From assembly GCA_977020255.1 (NCBI GenBank), contig CDROCS010001058.1, positions 124,001 through 188,000 on the forward strand: a stretch of 64,000 nucleotides of DNA. Reading direction: 5' to 3'. The notes under the pieces are model-generated. The model was not told the DNA's origin, did not search any database, and worked only from the letters and a program-made list of their open reading frames with translations. Shown piece by piece: positions 62,040-64,000 of this stretch (the stretch's first letter is position 1; each line of letters begins with the position of its first letter). The position numbers and the translations under genes were made by a program. This DNA comes from Obrimoposthia wandeli. Its lineage: Eukaryota.

Positions 62040-63940
62040 AACATTCATTGGTACTGGTAGCATATGATTGTAGCTTACTAAAGGTGGGTCAGAAGTACTC
62101 ATTGCTTGATAGTTAATACTGTCCAAAATCCCAACCTTCCATATTAACAGTTGAAAGCTCATATAAATATTTTGTTTATCAGAACGTCGATGAAATACAA
62201 ATACAAGTAAGAGAATATTCAGTCCATTTAAGTTATCATGAGTTCCTCTGTAAAATATAAAAGTTTCTTATCATAAATCACTTTTACTACACCCTATAAA
62301 CCAACGAACGTTCTTACAAGAGATTGCGAAAACGCATTTCGAAAAGGAAAAATACGAATAGATACGAACTACGAACCTGCATCAAAATTTGGTGTAGGAC
62401 GATATGAAACAGTCACAAGAATAGAAAAACGATGGGATGAAGGATCTTGTACAGGATTAAAAAAATATGTATGCAGTATAGAGGTCACATCTTTAGTATT
62501 ATACGCGATTTACCAGATTGAATTGAAAACATGATCAGTTAGTTTTGATAGAACTACGAAACGCATGATGAAATATCCAGAGTGTAAAATGACATTTTGT
62601 CACACAGGTGAATCTACAATAGTGTATCATGGGGACCCGCAAAAATGTTCGTTAATATTGCTAAAATAAATCAAATTTAATTAAGTAAAATATTTTCATT
62701 ATAATAAAAGAGATGAGGATTTCATAACAAAGCAGGATCAATTCCTATATCACCGACACCTACACTATTAATCGTGACATCAGCTGAAGAAGGATTGATA
62801 TTTATTTAAAAAAAAGAGAATAAGGCGCAATGCGGAATGGCAATTAGTACTACTAACTATCCTTGAAATATTTCCTAGAAACATTCAGTTATACACATAT
62901 TTTAACAACAAAATTGACTTTTATTATCATAAAGGATTAAGACAAATGGAAGAACTATATCAAATGATAGCTGAGAGAGATTGTCAGCTAAATCAAGAGA
63001 TAATAAGAACTAAGCTAGCACTAGCCTTTACGAATCCAGATATGGTAGCACCACTATTACCTTTTAACGAAGGAGTATTTTCTAAAACCATGGGAGAAGT
63101 ACTGTACACTTACATGTGTAAAAAAAGTAGTCGTAAAATGAGTAAGACGGATTGATATACGAGTAAATGACCAGTAACGTATAATCTAAAAGATAATTTT
63201 GTAGAACCAATAGCAAGAATGACACTTCCTAAAGACACTCCAACTAAAGAAATCAGTTGCCCTAACATAATTTCAAGTGATCTATGGAAAACCTTACCTG
63301 ACCGTATACGAACAATGACTCAAGAAACGATAAAATTGACAACAATTAAAGGTAGGATGAAGTTCGAAGCTGTAAAGAACGTTGAAATGCAGGTTCATAC
63401 AATTAAAGAAATCTAAAAGCGGCCTGGAACGAAATAATTTTTTCTGTAAGAAGGGCCAGGGTACTCACGGAAATGGTACATCGTTCCTTACCCAGGAGCC
63501 ACACATGTCAGCAAGTCACTTCAAAGAATCAGCACATCAGACATTTAGGAAAATTTGGGAACAATTCCTCATTTTAGGACAATTATTCTCAGGCATAATA
63601 TGAATTTATGTCATAATTAAATTTGTACAAATCATTATATCTCATGAGTCTACATATAGTTTGTACATTTTAACCGGAATCACCTGGGAGCTTATAATAG
63701 GATGTTTTCAATTTTTAGCGAAATATCTAAAGCGCCAATGAACCATGAGAATGAATTGCGAGCTCTCGGGAAGGAGCAACACCAAGTTAGAATTACACCA
63801 TGAGAACCAAGAAACCGAAGAAATGACGATGACGATGACAACGATGGTCTGGAAGACTATCCAACGATATCAAATACGGTATACGCAAAGATTTTACTTA
63901 AAAATAAAGAAGTTCCAGCATCAAACATATACCCAATGAA
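62040..63940 (+). pseudogene. Chuvirus-like (class III, gB-like) envelope glycoprotein relic
   Basis: LVAYDCS..YSLLDS*YC; RWDEGSCTG; LYQMIAERDCQLNQEIIRTKLALAFTNPD..GVFSKTMGEVLYTYMC; AGSYN*RNLKAAWNEIIF; KIWEQFLILGQLFSGII (transmembrane region). The motif order matches chuvirus-type glycoproteins. Confidence 0.7.
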
Positions 63941-64000
63941 AGAACTGAAAAAAGAAAGAAAAAGTTCAAATAGGAATTATGATGATAAGATGGCCTAGAA

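Noticed and set aside
1-64000. Non-standard genetic code to explain the frequent TAA/TAG in viral genes
   Set aside because: FANCM (1277 aa) and the 1586-aa ORF are free of internal stops under the standard code. The stops are confined to decayed elements.

Overview
AT-rich eukaryotic DNA, most likely from an invertebrate animal (host not identifiable from this sequence), with GT-AG introns and a very high load of decayed mobile elements. There are two host-type genes: a 7-exon FANCM helicase (40344-49527, +, about 1277 aa, ending just after an MM3-like motif with no ERCC4/HhH tail) and a 1586-aa basic ORF (7525-12285, -) carrying seven 85-aa tandem repeats. The main feature is a full-length but mutationally disabled Polinton/Maverick (adintovirus-like) element at 13071-28867. 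It has 82-83 bp TIRs starting AGTAG, a 6-bp TSD (CGCATT), and pPolB, adenain protease, major and minor capsid, integrase, packaging ATPase and core-protein genes. Three further Polinton-related segments lie at about 5.4-6.85 kb, 31.7-36.9 kb and 50.3-54.6 kb. The unusual observations are that these Polintons carry many tiny (mostly 37-47 nt, up to 117 nt) spliceosomal-type introns, including one at the same position in the protease gene of two divergent elements, a spliced acidic-repeat leader that appears fused to pPolB, and a TBP-like gene. Other relics are BEL/Pao, RLE-type and other non-LTR retrotransposons, hAT, Merlin, and an LTR element with a chuvirus-like glycoprotein. A cluster of hairpins lies at 55.56-55.97 kb. 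All homology calls come from motif recognition by eye, not database searches.
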